Shown: in pieces, positions 34,250 through 46,712 of the stretch | How positions within the stretch are numbered: the stretch's first letter is position 1 | How the letters are laid out: every line of letters starts with the position of its first letter | Source of the DNA: Cladosporium halotolerans | Lineage: Eukaryota | NCBI RefSeq assembly: GCF_011745625.1 | Contig: NW_027191454.1 | Location: forward strand, 558,001-622,000 | Length of the DNA stretch: 64,000 bases | Reading direction: 5' to 3' | Notes under the pieces: generated by a model | What the model saw: only the letters and a program-made list of their open reading frames with translations | Database searches by the model: none | What the model was told of the DNA's origin: nothing | Translations under genes and position numbers: made by a program

Positions 34250-34882
34250 CGAAGCCGCCCACCTGGGCGCGGGAAGAAAAGGGGGTTGAAGAGGCAAGTG
34301 AAGTATTGATATGCCGACCAGACCAGAGACGAGGGATTTGCTGACCAGTATTGATCAGGGCAGGCGTTCGGTCGTATTTGTGTATTTGATTTGCACCCCC
34401 TGCGTTATTGCCCGCCTGCCTGTCGCCGGGGGATGCAGACGGGACCCAAGGGTTGATGAGGTTAGGAAAGGGAAAAGAGAGACGACGAACGGACGGTCGG
34501 AGGCCAGCGACGAGTGATACCTGCGCCGGCACGCAGCGTAAGCAAGCGTTCGGGAGCGGGACTCTAGGGCCTGTCAAAGTAATTGCGTGCAGGCGCGGTG
34601 CATGGAAGCGACTGATGCGCGCGCGCTCTTCTCTCTCTGTCTGGTTTCCAGACCGACGGCTTCAGGCAGGGGAAAAACGCACGCACGCAAGCAAGAAATG
34701 CAGCTATGCAGGGCGGTGCGGTGGGTTCGCGTTTTGAGTTTGGCAATGCGGGACGTGGGTGTGCTGTCCGGCTGGTTTCTGCGGCTTCGCGAGGTATCGG
34801 CAGGGTCGGTGGGGACCGAATGCAAGAGAATAGCGGAGGTCGAGATGTACAGTGCGGGATGCGTCGGTCGTTTCGTGTCGTC

Positions 34883-34913
34883 TCGTTCGTTCGTTCGTTC
34901 GTTCGTTCGTTCG
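34883..34913. repeat. (TCGT)n tetranucleotide microsatellite
   Basis: About 7.5 perfect TCGT units. Confidence 0.9.
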
Positions 34914-36935
34914 CCAGTCTCTGGGTCGCGCCACCTCTCGTATCGGCTGTGGTCGAGTCGTGGTTCTGGTTCTGGTCCGCAAGATTCCTTTCGTCGAGCA
35001 GCTCGTGTGCTGAGCGACGGTAAATGCAACGCACGCAGCGCGAATGCAATACCAACCAGGCCCCCCAGACTGCCTGCAAGCAAGCAGGCCCCGGCAGCAC
35101 GTCTCAGACTGCACCAAGCGTCGAACCCGCGGGAGTGGATCAATAAAACAAGCAAAGCACCTCACGCGGCGGAGGCGGCAGCGGGGGCATTCTTCATGCA
35201 AGGTTCTGGCTGTGCGTTTCTGTCTTCTCGTGAGGTTCTTCAGCCCCCCCGCGCGCGCGCTGGGGGATGCGAGTGACCGACCGGGGTAGGACGTTGCAAG
35301 GGTGCCGAGGAGAGCAGGGGTTATGTGTGAGGTCCGTCGCTTGACTTCACCCACCTGGACGTTCACTTCACTTCACTTCTTCACGGCGCAGGCGGGGGAG
35401 GGGTTCTTGAGGGCGGGGAGGGGCGAGGTTATCGGCACGGGTGCGGTATAGCAGAGGCAGGCAGGCGGCGCGTGAGACACACTCACGATGGGGGGCTTGT
35501 CATCGGTCAGGTTCAGGTTGGGCAGCAAGCGCGACGGCGACAGCCAGACAGACAGCCAGGCGGAGCAGGGCCCTGGTCCCTGTGGGACGTATCGTCGGAC
35601 GGAGCGAAGCAATTGTGGGAGCGCGCAAGCGACCGTCAATCAGGCAGTCAGTGGCAGGGCGGCGGCGCTACCTTGCCTACCTTGGTCCACCACGTGAGCT
35701 CAGTGGTACGGAGCAACGGTCAGGCCGGCGCGAGGGAGGCCAGCCAGGATTGAGTGGGCGAAGAAACGCAAACGCCATGGGGATTCGACGAGCGCTCGAA
35801 ACGCGACGAGGGCCCTTCAAGAGCGGGTTTGCGATTCGCAACCCACGCTCTCGCGGCCGGAAGAGGAGCGAGGCGCGTCCACGGCCCCTGCTAGCGCGGC
35901 GCATTTCAGGCGACGCGCAGCCTGTCACATTCCGCCCGGGGGCCAATCGCCGCCTGCACCTGGACCCGGGCGGCGGCTGGCCGAGGGTGGAAAACGCAGG
36001 CCCCGGCGGCGGTTTGTGGGCGTTGCAGGTCGTGGTTGTTGCACTGCAGGGCGCGGCGGGGAGAGGTGTGGGTGGGGATGCAGCTGGCTGGGATACTGAG
36101 GCGAGTGAGGGTATGTACAGGTACGGTACAGCACCCAGCAGACCCCGTCGAAACTCTCGCCTGGTGCCACCAATCATGCGGCGCGACGCTCGACTTCACG
36201 GCATGGCTAGACAGCACGGTAAGCGAACAAGGCGGACCGCGGGCAGTCCGTGTGTCCCTCGTGGCCAGGCTGCGAAGACGCACAGCCCGCGGCCCTCTGT
36301 CCCTCCCATGCCGCTGACAGGCCGGATGGCTCAGGCGGCACGAGGCAGACGTGTACAGTAATTAGCAAGGCAGTAGTCAGACAGTCGGTGCGAGCCTCGG
36401 TCCGGGAGCGCGTTGCGTTGCGTTGTGCGGCTACGGCCACGGCTACGAAACGCTCGCCGAAGCGCATGCATGCTATCTTCCGGCATGCAGCAGCGGCGGC
36501 GGCGGCGGCGACGAACGAAGAACAAGGGCGGCGTCAGCAGCAGCAACAAGGAGTCCGAGCTCCGACCGGCGGTGGCACGGGTGCATGCGGAAGTGAGACA
36601 GACAGACGGGGCGGTGGAGGGCGTTCCGTCCCCCGGGCTCGCCTCTCTCGCACGTGGTAGGTCCGTGTGGGTTGAGCCAGCGTCGCGCAGCAGGCCGACA
36701 GAGAAAGGCGACAGTCTGGTGGAACAAAGATCGAGGGCTTGATCGTGTTGCCCACGGCGCAGATGGCGCGCTTGCGATCTCGTGGGCGATGAGATGGTTG
36801 TGGTGAGTCTTGGTGCGGGAGTAAGGAGGATGGTGATGAGGGAGAGGGAGAGTCGTTGCTGGGCGTATTGTAGAGGTGAGGTTGGAAGAAGGATGTGCAT
36901 AATCCTAATTGAGTTATTACCTTATTACTCAAATG

Positions 36936-37406
36936 GCAGGCACGGCTCGTGATGGGTGCTGCGGAAGCTCGTCATCTCATTGACCACATCAACTAAGTTA
37001 CCAATTGAAAAGATGATCACATAGACCAGATATCAAGTCAAGGAATCAGAAATAGCACATACACATCTATACACCATCATTAGATATCTCCTCCGACAGG
37101 CCGCAATGCGCAACACATCTTCGACGCAACATGTAGAGAATCTCGCATGAACAAAGACAGCCGCTCTCAGCAGGCACAACTCGTGATGGGTCTCGCTCAA
37201 GCCCATCATCTATTTGACCACATCGATACAAATCATCAAATTGAAGACGATCAAATAGACCAGATCCTGAGATGAAAAAATAAAGAGAAATTGCACATAA
37301 AATTCCATACACCATCATTATAAATCTCTCCCACAACCTGATCCCCAGCATATCTCGCAACCCAACACACGAGGAGAATCTCGCACGAACAGAACCAGCC
37401 GCTCTC
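36936..37406. repeat. Diverged tandem duplication, unit ~234 bp, downstream of the chitin synthase stop codon
   Basis: Colinear shared blocks in both copies: GCAGGCAC..CTCGTGATGGG (36936/37170), TTGACCACATC, ATAGACCAGAT, AGAAAT.GCACATA, ATACACCATCATTA, GAGAATCTCGCA.GAACA and CAGCCGCTCTC. Confidence 0.85.
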
Positions 37407-37605
37407 GACAATGAACGAATGAACGCCCCTACTCCCCATCAAATTTTGTGCCCGAAAAAGAGACAAGAAGCGACTGAGCTCACTTCCCTTCCCCCGCCCT
37501 CCCCGCAAAACAAAATATGTGGCACAATTTTTTCTCGCTCAACAAAGACATCCATCCATATCTGCAAGAGAACAATTAAAAAAAGAAATTAAGAAAAGGT
37601 CAAAC

Positions 37606-40600
37606 CTAATCCCTATACGCACTCTCCCAGCCCCTCGACGCGCTCCTCCCATGCCCTCCGAGCATAGGCGTCGTGACGGCCGACGACGCGCCGCCCATCG
37701 TCGCGGCGCCCTGGCTCCTCGGCCTGCCGCCGGCAGCCCCGCTCCAACTGCCAGCGGGAGCCCTCAGGCGCCTCTCCTGCTCGAAATCCCCCCACCTCTT
37801 CATGGTGATCTTGCTGCTGTCGAACTCGCCGTCCTCGTCGTGCCCGCCCTTGTCGGCGCCGGGCTTGGCGCCGGCCGTCTGCCGCGTGTCGCCCCAGGAG
37901 AAGTCGTCGAAGTGCCAGAAGCTGTAGGTCGGCAGGATGAAGTTCCAGATGGGCAGGGAGATGAGGTAGATGATCATCCAGAGGACGTAGACGAGGCGGT
38001 GGGCGGTGATGATGATGAGGACGCCGGGGAGGCCGAGGATGAGCAGGAGGAGGATGAGCGGGATGGTCGGCGTGGGCGTGTCGGTGAAGGCGGATTTGAG
38101 GCCGAGGGCGACTGGGAGGGCTGATTAGTATCTTTACTTTTGGCAAATTGGATTTTGGAGAGGGCCGAATGTGGTACTTACCAACGTAGAGAGTGAATGC
38201 AATAGCGGCAGGCAGGACGAGGGTACCGACAAGCTCGATGAAGACGACGAACTGCATGCTGAAGCAGAAGGTACCGCACAAGTCGCGGACGAGCACGAGC
38301 TCCATCAGGTTGTGCACGGTCGAGTTGATCCAACGGCGGCGCTGCGATAGCAGGACCTTGAATTCGTCGGGGACGGTGGTTTTGCACACGGCCTGCGGGA
38401 CGAAGATCTGCTTGCGCTTGGGGAAGGTCTTGAGCATGAGGGTGGACAGGTAGCGATCCTCGCCGAGCAGGAGCAGGTTCTTCTTGTGCAGCGTGTCGAC
38501 GACGTTCTCGGAGTAGTGCTCGACGATGTCCGGGTTGGCGAGGATGGGGACCCAGTAGTTCTGGCCGCCCTTGGGCGTCTTAATGCGGTACATACAGAAG
38601 CAGCCGGGCAGACAGGTGACACCACCGAAGACGGATTCGAAAGACTTGCTCTGGTGGTGGGAGATGAAGTACTCGAAGACTTGGATCATGGTGACCCAGG
38701 AGTCTGTCTTGTTTGCGATCTTCGTCTCACCGCAGAGACCCATGACCTCAGGATCCTTGACCATAGCGCTAACCATGTGCGTGAGAGAATCGGGGAAGAC
38801 CTTGGTATCGGCGTCGACCATGAGTGCAATTTCGTAGAAGTCAGGCGAAATGCCTGTGATTTTCCAGATACCGTTGAACATTTCGTACTCCAGTTCAGTC
38901 ATACGCTCGTCGAACATCACCTTCTGCAAGAAAGACATGAGGATGATCTGAGAGTCACGCTTGCCACGGTTACCGGGCTTAGCGAGAGAAGCCTCCTCGG
39001 GGGTACCGCACTTGACGACGACCATCATAGGAACGCGCTGTTGCCTCTCGACGGGGATGACAGACTCGGCGCCGTAATCGTAGAAACCAGAGTAGACCTT
39101 AGCCATGTTGTGACGCTTGCTGCCAGAAGCGACAGCCACGTAGGAGAACGGCTCGACATCCTCCGGAGCGACGGCGTGGTCCTTCATCATGGAGAGACAG
39201 ACTTCAGGTGTCGACATAGCCTCGCCCTTACCCTTGATCAGACCGTCACAGACGACGAAGATGAGCTTGTGACTGTTCGGGTAGTCGGTCATGGCGACGG
39301 AATCCATTGTGGTGCGCATGCCTTCGGGACCTTCGGAGTAGGCAGTGATGAGACAGATCGTGTGTGCAAGCGGGTAACCGAAAGGCTGCCACTCAGGCGG
39401 AGGCTGCGGGACAACTGATTCGTGGATGAAGCCTTGAGGACCAGAGCCTTCGGAGTCGCCGTGCATGCCGCTGAAGCGCTGGGTGTGGGCATTGGAAGGC
39501 ATGAGACTGGACCTATCATGGCCGATGCTCTGCCTGCCAGGGCTGTCCATGGTCATCAGAGTACCTTCAGAGCGGTTAGAGCCGCTGTACGCGCCAGCAC
39601 CGATGTTCGAGGGAGGAATAAGACGAGTGGTCGAAGATTGGCTGGCCATTGTCATCGGAGCTGGCCTGGCCTTGGTATCGATGGCGTAGGGACTGGTGAA
39701 ACGACTGGTCGTAGGCAAAAAGCTGTTACGCTTGTTGCTGCCTCCGCTGACCGTGGAAGCGGGATCGGTGACCTTGGGTGGCGCGCTGTAGATATCTGCA
39801 GACCAGTCCTCGATTTGGTTTTGCCTCTTCTTCTTGTCGCTGCTCATGCTAGTCTTGTCAGCCGCATACTTGCGACTGAGGACCCATTGAAAGATCAGGG
39901 CGAGCGCAAACTTGGCCACGACGATGGACAGAATGAAGATGAGCGAAACGTAGAGCACGACCTTGGACGCAATGCAGCCAACAGTCTCCGTGTCGATAGA
40001 CCCGACTTTAATGATCTCCTGGAAACACTGGGCGACTTCCTTCTGAGAGCTCGAGACAAAGGCAAGAGTGTTGTCCTGGCCACGGACGGCCTCGTTTGTG
40101 CGAATGTCGTCAAAGAGCGGAGGGTACGACACCTGGGTCGTGTTGAACCACTGGAGGAGGTCCAGATCCAGGACGTCGCCAGAGTAGACCATCAGGTTGC
40201 GGCTGCTGTTGCGGATATCATCCCAGGTGAAGAAAACGTCGCCAGAGCTCTGGAGACTGTAGAAGGCATCGCGGGCGTTGCGCGAAGTGTGGCACGAGTA
40301 TCCGAGATAGTAACCAACCGATGCGTTTGGCGAGGAAGAACCGTCCTGGTTGAAGGTGTTGCAAGGGAAGTACCAAGCGAGGTTTCCATCGTCGTCGGTG
40401 GGGACGTCGGAGTCCTCTGCGGCAGTGATGAGGCCCTTGCACTTGCCGTTGACATTCTGGAACAAGAAACTGCCGTCCTGGCCACCGTGGGGCTCGTCCA
40501 TGTCCCAGAGAACGTTTCCACCACCGGAGATACCGCGCGCAAGAGGATGACGTGACCTAGTCAAGTCATAAGCCTTGCCGTGGAAGATCATGTATCCCGA

Positions 40601-41563
40601 GCCGACCTGGTTGATCTGTAGCCTAGAGGGCCCGCCGCCTGGACAGACAACCTGGGTGAAACCGAAAGTGAGGAAACCGACAAAAGTCGCAATGAGCAAA
40701 ATGATACTGATCAAGCCGATCTTCTCTCTCCAAGCTCTTTGCTGTTCCTTCTTAGGCATGCCGAAGCAGCTCAAGACAATGTTCGGGATCCAGAAGGTGA
40801 TCATCTGGCAGTATGTGCCCCATAGTGTAGGCGTACCAGATGCCTCCTTGATCTTCTGGCGTCTCTTCTCTTTGCCGTCAGGCTTTCGCGCCAGCTTGTT
40901 GGGCTGTCGTTTGCTGCCGCTCCTGGCTGCCACATCGCTGTGCGCAGGCGCCTTTTCGTTGTGAGGCGAGCCGGAGCTGCGCGGCTCCTTCGAAGCGTCG
41001 GATCTCGAGCTTACTGTGGCATAGTCGTCCTCCAAATGAGGGTCGTTGCCGGTGATCGAGGGCATGACATTCATGTGCTGCGCATGTTTGCGGTAGTAGT
41101 AGTTGGGATCTTCCGGGTCCTCGCGTCGCCTCTCCGGCCTGATCATGCTCCTTTTCCGAGAGAGGTCCTCCGCGCCGCCATTCGAATGGCCGCGGGAGTG
41201 CATCATTGGCTCTCGGTCGGTGGGAGCATGTGTGGGAGAGGGAATGGAACGGGAGTGTGCTTCGGCGGCCATGGCTTTCTCAGACATGTACCGACCCGAA
41301 GGTTGGTGGTGCGACGAGCTCCTCCTTCTGCGATCCCTGGATTCGTCGTGGGAGCGGTGGTGTGTTTGGCTGGCACGGCGCGGGCGAGTGGCACTGGAAG
41401 AGCGACGGGCGGCTTCACCGTCTGACGAACGCCTCGGGCGGTCTCTGGCGGCGGAGCTGCGGCGCCGCGTCTGGTGCGAGGGTCGGGGATGGGTATCGTA
41501 GTAGGATTCCCTCCGCCGTGAAGAAGCTTGCTCAGGGCGCGATGGCATGTTGTAGGAGGACAT
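37606..41563 (-). CDS. CHS3: Class IV chitin synthase (Chs3/ChsD-type); exons 41563-38182 and 38111-37606
   Basis: AWREKIGL, a cytochrome b5-like region, [39 protein letters not shown] and QRRRW catalytic motifs, with no myosin motor. Intron 38112-38181 (GTAAGT..CTAAT..CAG) joins the last exon containing [17 protein letters not shown]. Confidence 0.95.
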
Positions 41564-42811
41564 GCTGGGCTGTGGCGTATGCTTTGACTACGGTCCAAGC
41601 TGATGCGCCGGAGCGAGTAGTCTCGGCTGCGCCCTTTGGCGGCGCGGGCTAGTGGATATGGGCAGGAATGTGTTTTTGCGTGAAGCGAGCGACCTGAGGT
41701 GTGAAGCGAGGGGGAAAGTCGGCGAGGATAGTTCGCGCCTCGCTGCGCCTTCTACACGACTCGGAAAGCAAATACAGCAGGCAGCGAGCGAATGTGGCAA
41801 GCAAAGCAATGGCAAATGGGCGACAACGAGGGTGAAACGGTAGGGCACGGGGTGTTGCTACGCGACAAGCGACAAGCGGCGGGCGTGGAAGGCCCCAGGC
41901 CCGCCGTGTCTCTCTGTGCTCTCTCCCCTTGGGACGTGCGCCGCTCCCGCGCTTTTCGCCACTGGCTCCTACATTAGGCACTTGCTGCGCTCAGAATAGC
42001 ACGCGTGACGACGGACGCGCCTCATGAAATTAATCGAGGGCGGCAGACACGGGCAAATCGTGTAGTGCATACGAGCACAAATGGGTGATGTAGGAATAGT
42101 GCAGACTGTCGCACGTCCAAACTCCATTGCGCCCACGAACTTACAGACGCCACTGTTGTGAGCTGGCGGCGCCGCCAAAACAACCTTGAAGGCATTGCGC
42201 GATCTGATCTGACCCCGATGCGCAGGATGACGGCGGATGCTAAGGCTGCTATAAGGATTGGCGGCGCGGTTGCTGGGGACATATGGGCAGGGCCGAAAGT
42301 CTGTTCGGGCCGCGTGGTCTCAGCAGACCCTCGCGCAAAGCATAATTGACGGAGCGAGTGCGTGTGCGCGTGCCCACGTCTTGTACCTCTATGCACTACG
42401 GTTGAGTCTGTAAGAACGAGCGGGGTGTGCTGACGGGCGGTCGGCGTGTTCGGATGGCCGGAGGACAACGGCACGGGCGGGCAGCGCAGTGAGGTGATGC
42501 TGGCCGCAGCGCAAATCGCACCTGCGTTCAGTGCACACCATCGCCAACATCCCAGGGCGGGCGTGCGCCACGACGCAGTAAGGTATTACCTACCACGCAT
42601 TATTCAGACTTCCGGTAGGAGAAAAGGGAGCGCGCACTTTGTCTCCCCGCCCAATCAGCGCCGCTCAGGGTCTACACGCGCGCGGCACTGTGGGCGCGGT
42701 AGGCCAAGGGCAAATCTGGTAAACACGTCGCCGTTTTCGTCTTGCCATCGTGCGCGTAATCCCCCTCGTCCACCAGCGCTGCGGACGCGCAGGGAGGCAG
42801 TCGGGCGGTTG

Positions 42812-42862
42812 GTGTGCGTGTGTGTGTGTGTGTCTCTCTCTCTCTCTCCCTCTCTCTCTGTC
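42812..42862. repeat. Compound (GT)n(CT)n microsatellite in the chitin synthase / activator divergent intergenic region
   Basis: GTGTGCGTGTGTGTGTGTGTGT followed directly by CTCTCTCTCTCTCTCCCTCTCTCTCT. Confidence 0.85.
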
Positions 42863-43354
42863 TGTGATGCGCAAACCCTCGTCGCACCGGCCGCAATACC
42901 AATCACACCTTAATAATTGTCACACGCCGCCCTCGCGCGCACCACCTCATTGCTGCCTGAGCTTGTCCATTTTATTGCTTCGGCTCCCGCGCATCCGACT
43001 TCACAGGGCTGTTCGCCCACCACCGCCGGCGCGACTCCCTGGTCTGATCGGGCCATACGCCACCGCGCCAACGCTCTCGTCCCTCATTATTTCCCCATTG
43101 CCTGCCCGCCCTGCCTTGCGCCGCCGATGCTTGGTTCCTGTGTCCCGTGATCTCTCCGCTAGTCAGCTCCTGCCACGCCTGTACCTTCGCTCTTGTTCCC
43201 CGCCGATCCATCCTCCGCTCCGCCCTTGGGACACACGCCGCCTACTCTCTCATCCCGTCTGCACCACTCGACACTTTCACTTCACACCTGAGGGGACCTC
43301 CCGACCATCCTGCGACTACTCCCTGGCCGCAGCACCATTACTATCATTTCCAAC

Positions 43355-45403
43355 ATGGCCGCCGAGAACGGCCGTCTTCAGGCGCCAAGCGACTCTCCAA
43401 CACGAAGGTCGATCAGGACCGTCGAGCAAACGCCGCCCGTCTCTTCGCAGGAGTTTCCTTCGCGCAAACCCGTACCTTACCTGTCACAGCCGGAGGTGCG
43501 ACTCCAGGAGTCGCCCTCCAGCCCCGTCAACATCAACCCTCCGCGTCCCGGCATCCAGGACCCCGAGACCGCATCGATCAAACAGGCCCCAGACTCAGAC
43601 TACCGCTTCCCCGCCCAAGGTGTGCAAACACCCGACTCGGCACATCTGAGAAATTCCTCTGGATCCCTGCCCTACCGAAGCAGGCCTAGTTCCGGCCAGG
43701 CGAAGCACCGGGAGGATGGTTCGTCCGGTGGGAGGACTTCGACCGGCGCGCTGAAACCAGACGGATACGGCGGAGACGAGTCACCGCAGGAGAACGAGGT
43801 GGAGAGGTTGCAGTACAGCGCCTTCGACGACGGGCCTAGGAAGAGGGAGCACCAGCAGCATCGCGTGTCGCAGGCAACCACCCATTCGGTTGGTTCAAGC
43901 TCAGGCTCAGAACACAAGCTGCGAGTACCTGGGCCGGGCGCGAACCTTCCTAGACCTGCATCAACATATTCTATTGGCGCAGACAAGAGAGGGAGAACTG
44001 GCACACCGATGAGCGCGCACGACTCCGACACCAGCTCACCGAACCTGCGTCCAAGGGATGTCTCAACTGCACGACGCTCGCCTGGTCTACGACCACACAG
44101 CTACATCGATCTACTCAACGAAGTCCCATACAGTCAGCAGATCGCGCCTGGAGGATCTTTGAACAACGCAGGTCTCCAAAGCGTGATTGGCAACGCGGCA
44201 AGTCTTCTAGACACGAAAAAGACATTAGAGATGTACCGCGCGAACGTCAAGAAGACAAACGACGCCGCCGTGCAATACGAGTTCGCGATCTTCATGATCA
44301 ACGCATCGCAATCAGGACAGGCCGAGGGAGACGCAGACGCCGGGCAACTGATGTCGGAAGCCAAATCGATCCTCCAACGCCTGTCAGACCGAGCATACCC
44401 CTTCGCGCAATACTACCTCGGCGACGGCTACTTCTCCGGCGTCTTCAACAAAAACAAGCCCGACTACGACAAAGCCTTCCCCCTCTTCGTCGCCGCCAGC
44501 AAGCACGGCCACGCCGAAGCCGGCTACCGCGCAGCCCTCTGCTACGAATTCGCCTGGGGCACCGCAAGAAGCTACCCCAAAGCCGTGCAATTCTACCGCA
44601 ACTCCGCCTCCAAAGCCCACCCGGGCGCCGCGACCCGCCTCGGCATGGCCTGCCTGAAAGGCGACATGGGCCTGGGCCGCAGCGCGCAGCGCGCCCGCGA
44701 GGGCCTCACCTGGCTCAAGCGCGCGACCGAGTCCGCCGACTTCCAGTACAACTCGGCGCCCTACGAGCTCGGCCTGCTGCACCTCAACGGCTTCGGCGAC
44801 GACGTCTTCAAGGACGAGGCCTACGCGCTGCAGCTCGTCACGCAGGCCGCCGAGCTCGGCCACGTCAAGGCCAACTTCCTCATGGGCCAGGCGTACGAGA
44901 GCGGGCTCCACGGCTGCCCGCCCGACGCCGCGCTCAGCGTGCACTTCTACAACGGCGCCGCCGTCGGCAGCATGCCGGAGGCCATGATGGCGCTGTGCGC
45001 GTGGTACATGGTCGGCGCGCCGCCCGTGCTCGACAAGGACGAGGGCGAGGCCTGCGCGTGGGCCAAGCAGGCCGCTGAGACCGGTATGTCGTCCTCAACC
45101 CCCATTCCCTCTCCCCCCGGAAAGAAAACATCACCCGCTAACACTGTACTCCTTCCAGGCATGCCCAAGGCGCAGTACGCCGTCGGCTACTTCACGGAAA
45201 TGGGCATCGGGTGCCGCCGCGACGCGCTCGAGGCCAACGTATGGTACGTCAAGGCCGCCGACCAGGGCAGCGCGAACGCCAAGCAGCGCCTGGACATCAT
45301 CCGCAACGCCGCCGCCGGCGGCGACCCGGGGATTCCGATGAGCAAGGCCGAGGCGAAGTCGAAGGAGTTGGGCGGGAAGAAGAAGGTGCTGGGGATTTTC
45401 TAG
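43355..45403 (+). CDS. CHS4: Chitin synthase activator (Chs4/Skt5-like, Sel1 repeats); intron 45084-45158
   Basis: Disordered N-terminus, TLEMYRANVKKT, and Sel1 repeats AYPFAQYYLGD, AASKHGHAEAGYRAALCYE, APYELGLLH, AMMALCAWYMVG and AQYAVGYFTEMGIG. Confidence 0.9.
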   Translation: MAAENGRLQAPSDSPTRRSIRTVEQTPPVSSQEFPSRKPVPYLSQPEVRLQESPSSPVNINPPRPGIQDPETASIKQAPDSDYRFPAQGVQTPDSAHLRNSSGSLPYRSRPSSGQAKHREDGSSGGRTSTGALKPDGYGGDESPQENEVERLQYSAFDDGPRKREHQQHRVSQATTHSVGSSSGSEHKLRVPGPGANLPRPASTYSIGADKRGRTGTPMSAHDSDTSSPNLRPRDVSTARRSPGLRPHSYIDLLNEVPYSQQIAPGGSLNNAGLQSVIGNAASLLDTKKTLEMYRANVKKTNDAAVQYEFAIFMINASQSGQAEGDADAGQLMSEAKSILQRLSDRAYPFAQYYLGDGYFSGVFNKNKPDYDKAFPLFVAASKHGHAEAGYRAALCYEFAWGTARSYPKAVQFYRNSASKAHPGAATRLGMACLKGDMGLGRSAQRAREGLTWLKRATESADFQYNSAPYELGLLHLNGFGDDVFKDEAYALQLVTQAAELGHVKANFLMGQAYESGLHGCPPDAALSVHFYNGAAVGSMPEAMMALCAWYMVGAPPVLDKDEGEACAWAKQAAETGMSSSTPIPSPPGKKTSPANTVLLPGMPKAQYAVGYFTEMGIGCRRDALEANVWYVKAADQGSANAKQRLDIIRNAAAGGDPGIPMSKAEAKSKELGGKKKVLGIF

Positions 45404-46386
45404 GGGCGGGTTGAAAGAGAGGCAGGTGGGGGGCTCGCGGTTTTTTTTTGCACACCCAGTGGGCTTTTTTTTCTTTCCTTTTTCTTTTCTTTCGGCTTGC
45501 ATTTCTGGAGTTGCTCTGGTTCTTTTCTGAGCGAGCTACCGCTTTATTCTACTTTTGGTTCTTGGTAGGAGTTTAATGGGCGGGTTGGGCAAGCGGGGCA
45601 GGAGGAGGCCAGGGTTCAAGTGATCTACCGGAGAACCCTTTTCCATGGTTCTCTCACAGGAGTTGGGGGGTTTTCTTTCTTGTCTCTCCGGCCGCAGATG
45701 GGAGCGCGGTCAGCACATGGGATTGGCGTGCTTTTTCTTGTTTTTGTTGTTTGCATATCTTGTCGCATTCGATGGGGATGGTTCGGAGTGGGAATAAAAG
45801 GAGGTTTGGAGGACCCTGATTTGATCTTCGCGGATTTTTTATTTTTTTCCCTTTTTTCTGTTTTTCTTTTTCAATCTCTGGAATGTGAAAGAATGGGAAA
45901 GCGGCGGGGTGTTGGTTGTCGTTGGTGTGTAGATAGATGAGAGTAATTAGAGGTGGTGGGCGGAATGGATCGGGGTGATTGACATTGTGCTTCTCTCGCT
46001 TTCTTCACACCTTCTCTGAGGAGATCCTGCTCGTCCCATTTATTGCTCAACGGCAGCTTGCTGTCATATTCAGACATGCGTTGTGTCTGAGATCACAGGC
46101 ATCCGACTTCCTGTTAAGTGAGGTAAGGCTTTTGCAGCTGATAGGCTGAGAGCCAGGGCGGCGGAGGCGTTGATTGGACGAGCGCTGGCGCTACCGCTAT
46201 ACCGTCAATTGCAGATCAGAAGCTCTTTGTGCCGGACATTGTTCCCGAACATCTGGAGGGGCAGCTCAGAGCGTCGTACGTGAGTGAGGTAGATCTCCGT
46301 GTGTCGAGACGATTGGCCCGCCAAAAGCGGAAGCTAGTGGCTGGCTGCGAGTTGCATCGCCTGGGCGAAAAAGCACAGGCTCGAGA

Positions 46387-46403
46387 AGGGTTAGGGTTAG
46401 GGT
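46387..46403 (+). repeat. Short interstitial telomeric repeat / telobox (AGGGTT)n upstream of the kinase gene
   Basis: AGGGTTAGGGTTAGGGT. Confidence 0.55.
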
Positions 46404-46712
46404 AACATCCACCTGCAAACCTCAAGGGCCCTTCCGCGAAGTGATACGTCAGCAGCCGTTCCTGGCTGGCCAGCTGCACCTGCGCGCATCCCCAATTGGC
46501 TTCATGCTCGTTTCCACTTCCACGTGCTCGACACCTGTCCCCCATACACCTATAACCGTGCAGTTGCAACGAAACTCAGAACGCTGCTACAACCGATCAA
46601 TGGCTCGCGACTCATAGCCTCTTCCCACCTACCCATCTGCGCCGCAGCAGCTCCACACCTCACGAACCTCACAGCTCCGCGCAACCCCAACCCTCACCAC
46701 CCACCCGCCAAA

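Noticed and set aside
35441..36361. 306-aa plus-strand ORF in the GC-rich intergenic region
   Set aside because: GTG start, Arg/Gly-rich random-looking composition, and no codon bias or domain.
37613..38181. Arg/Pro-rich C-terminus of the 1316-aa ORF-track chitin synthase
   Set aside because: An artefact of reading through intron 38112-38181. The spliced frame gives the conserved TM and FSWG end, stopping at 37606.
38486..40555. 310-aa and 377-aa plus-strand ORFs within chitin synthase
   Set aside because: Antisense shadows of a conserved gene with no motifs of their own.
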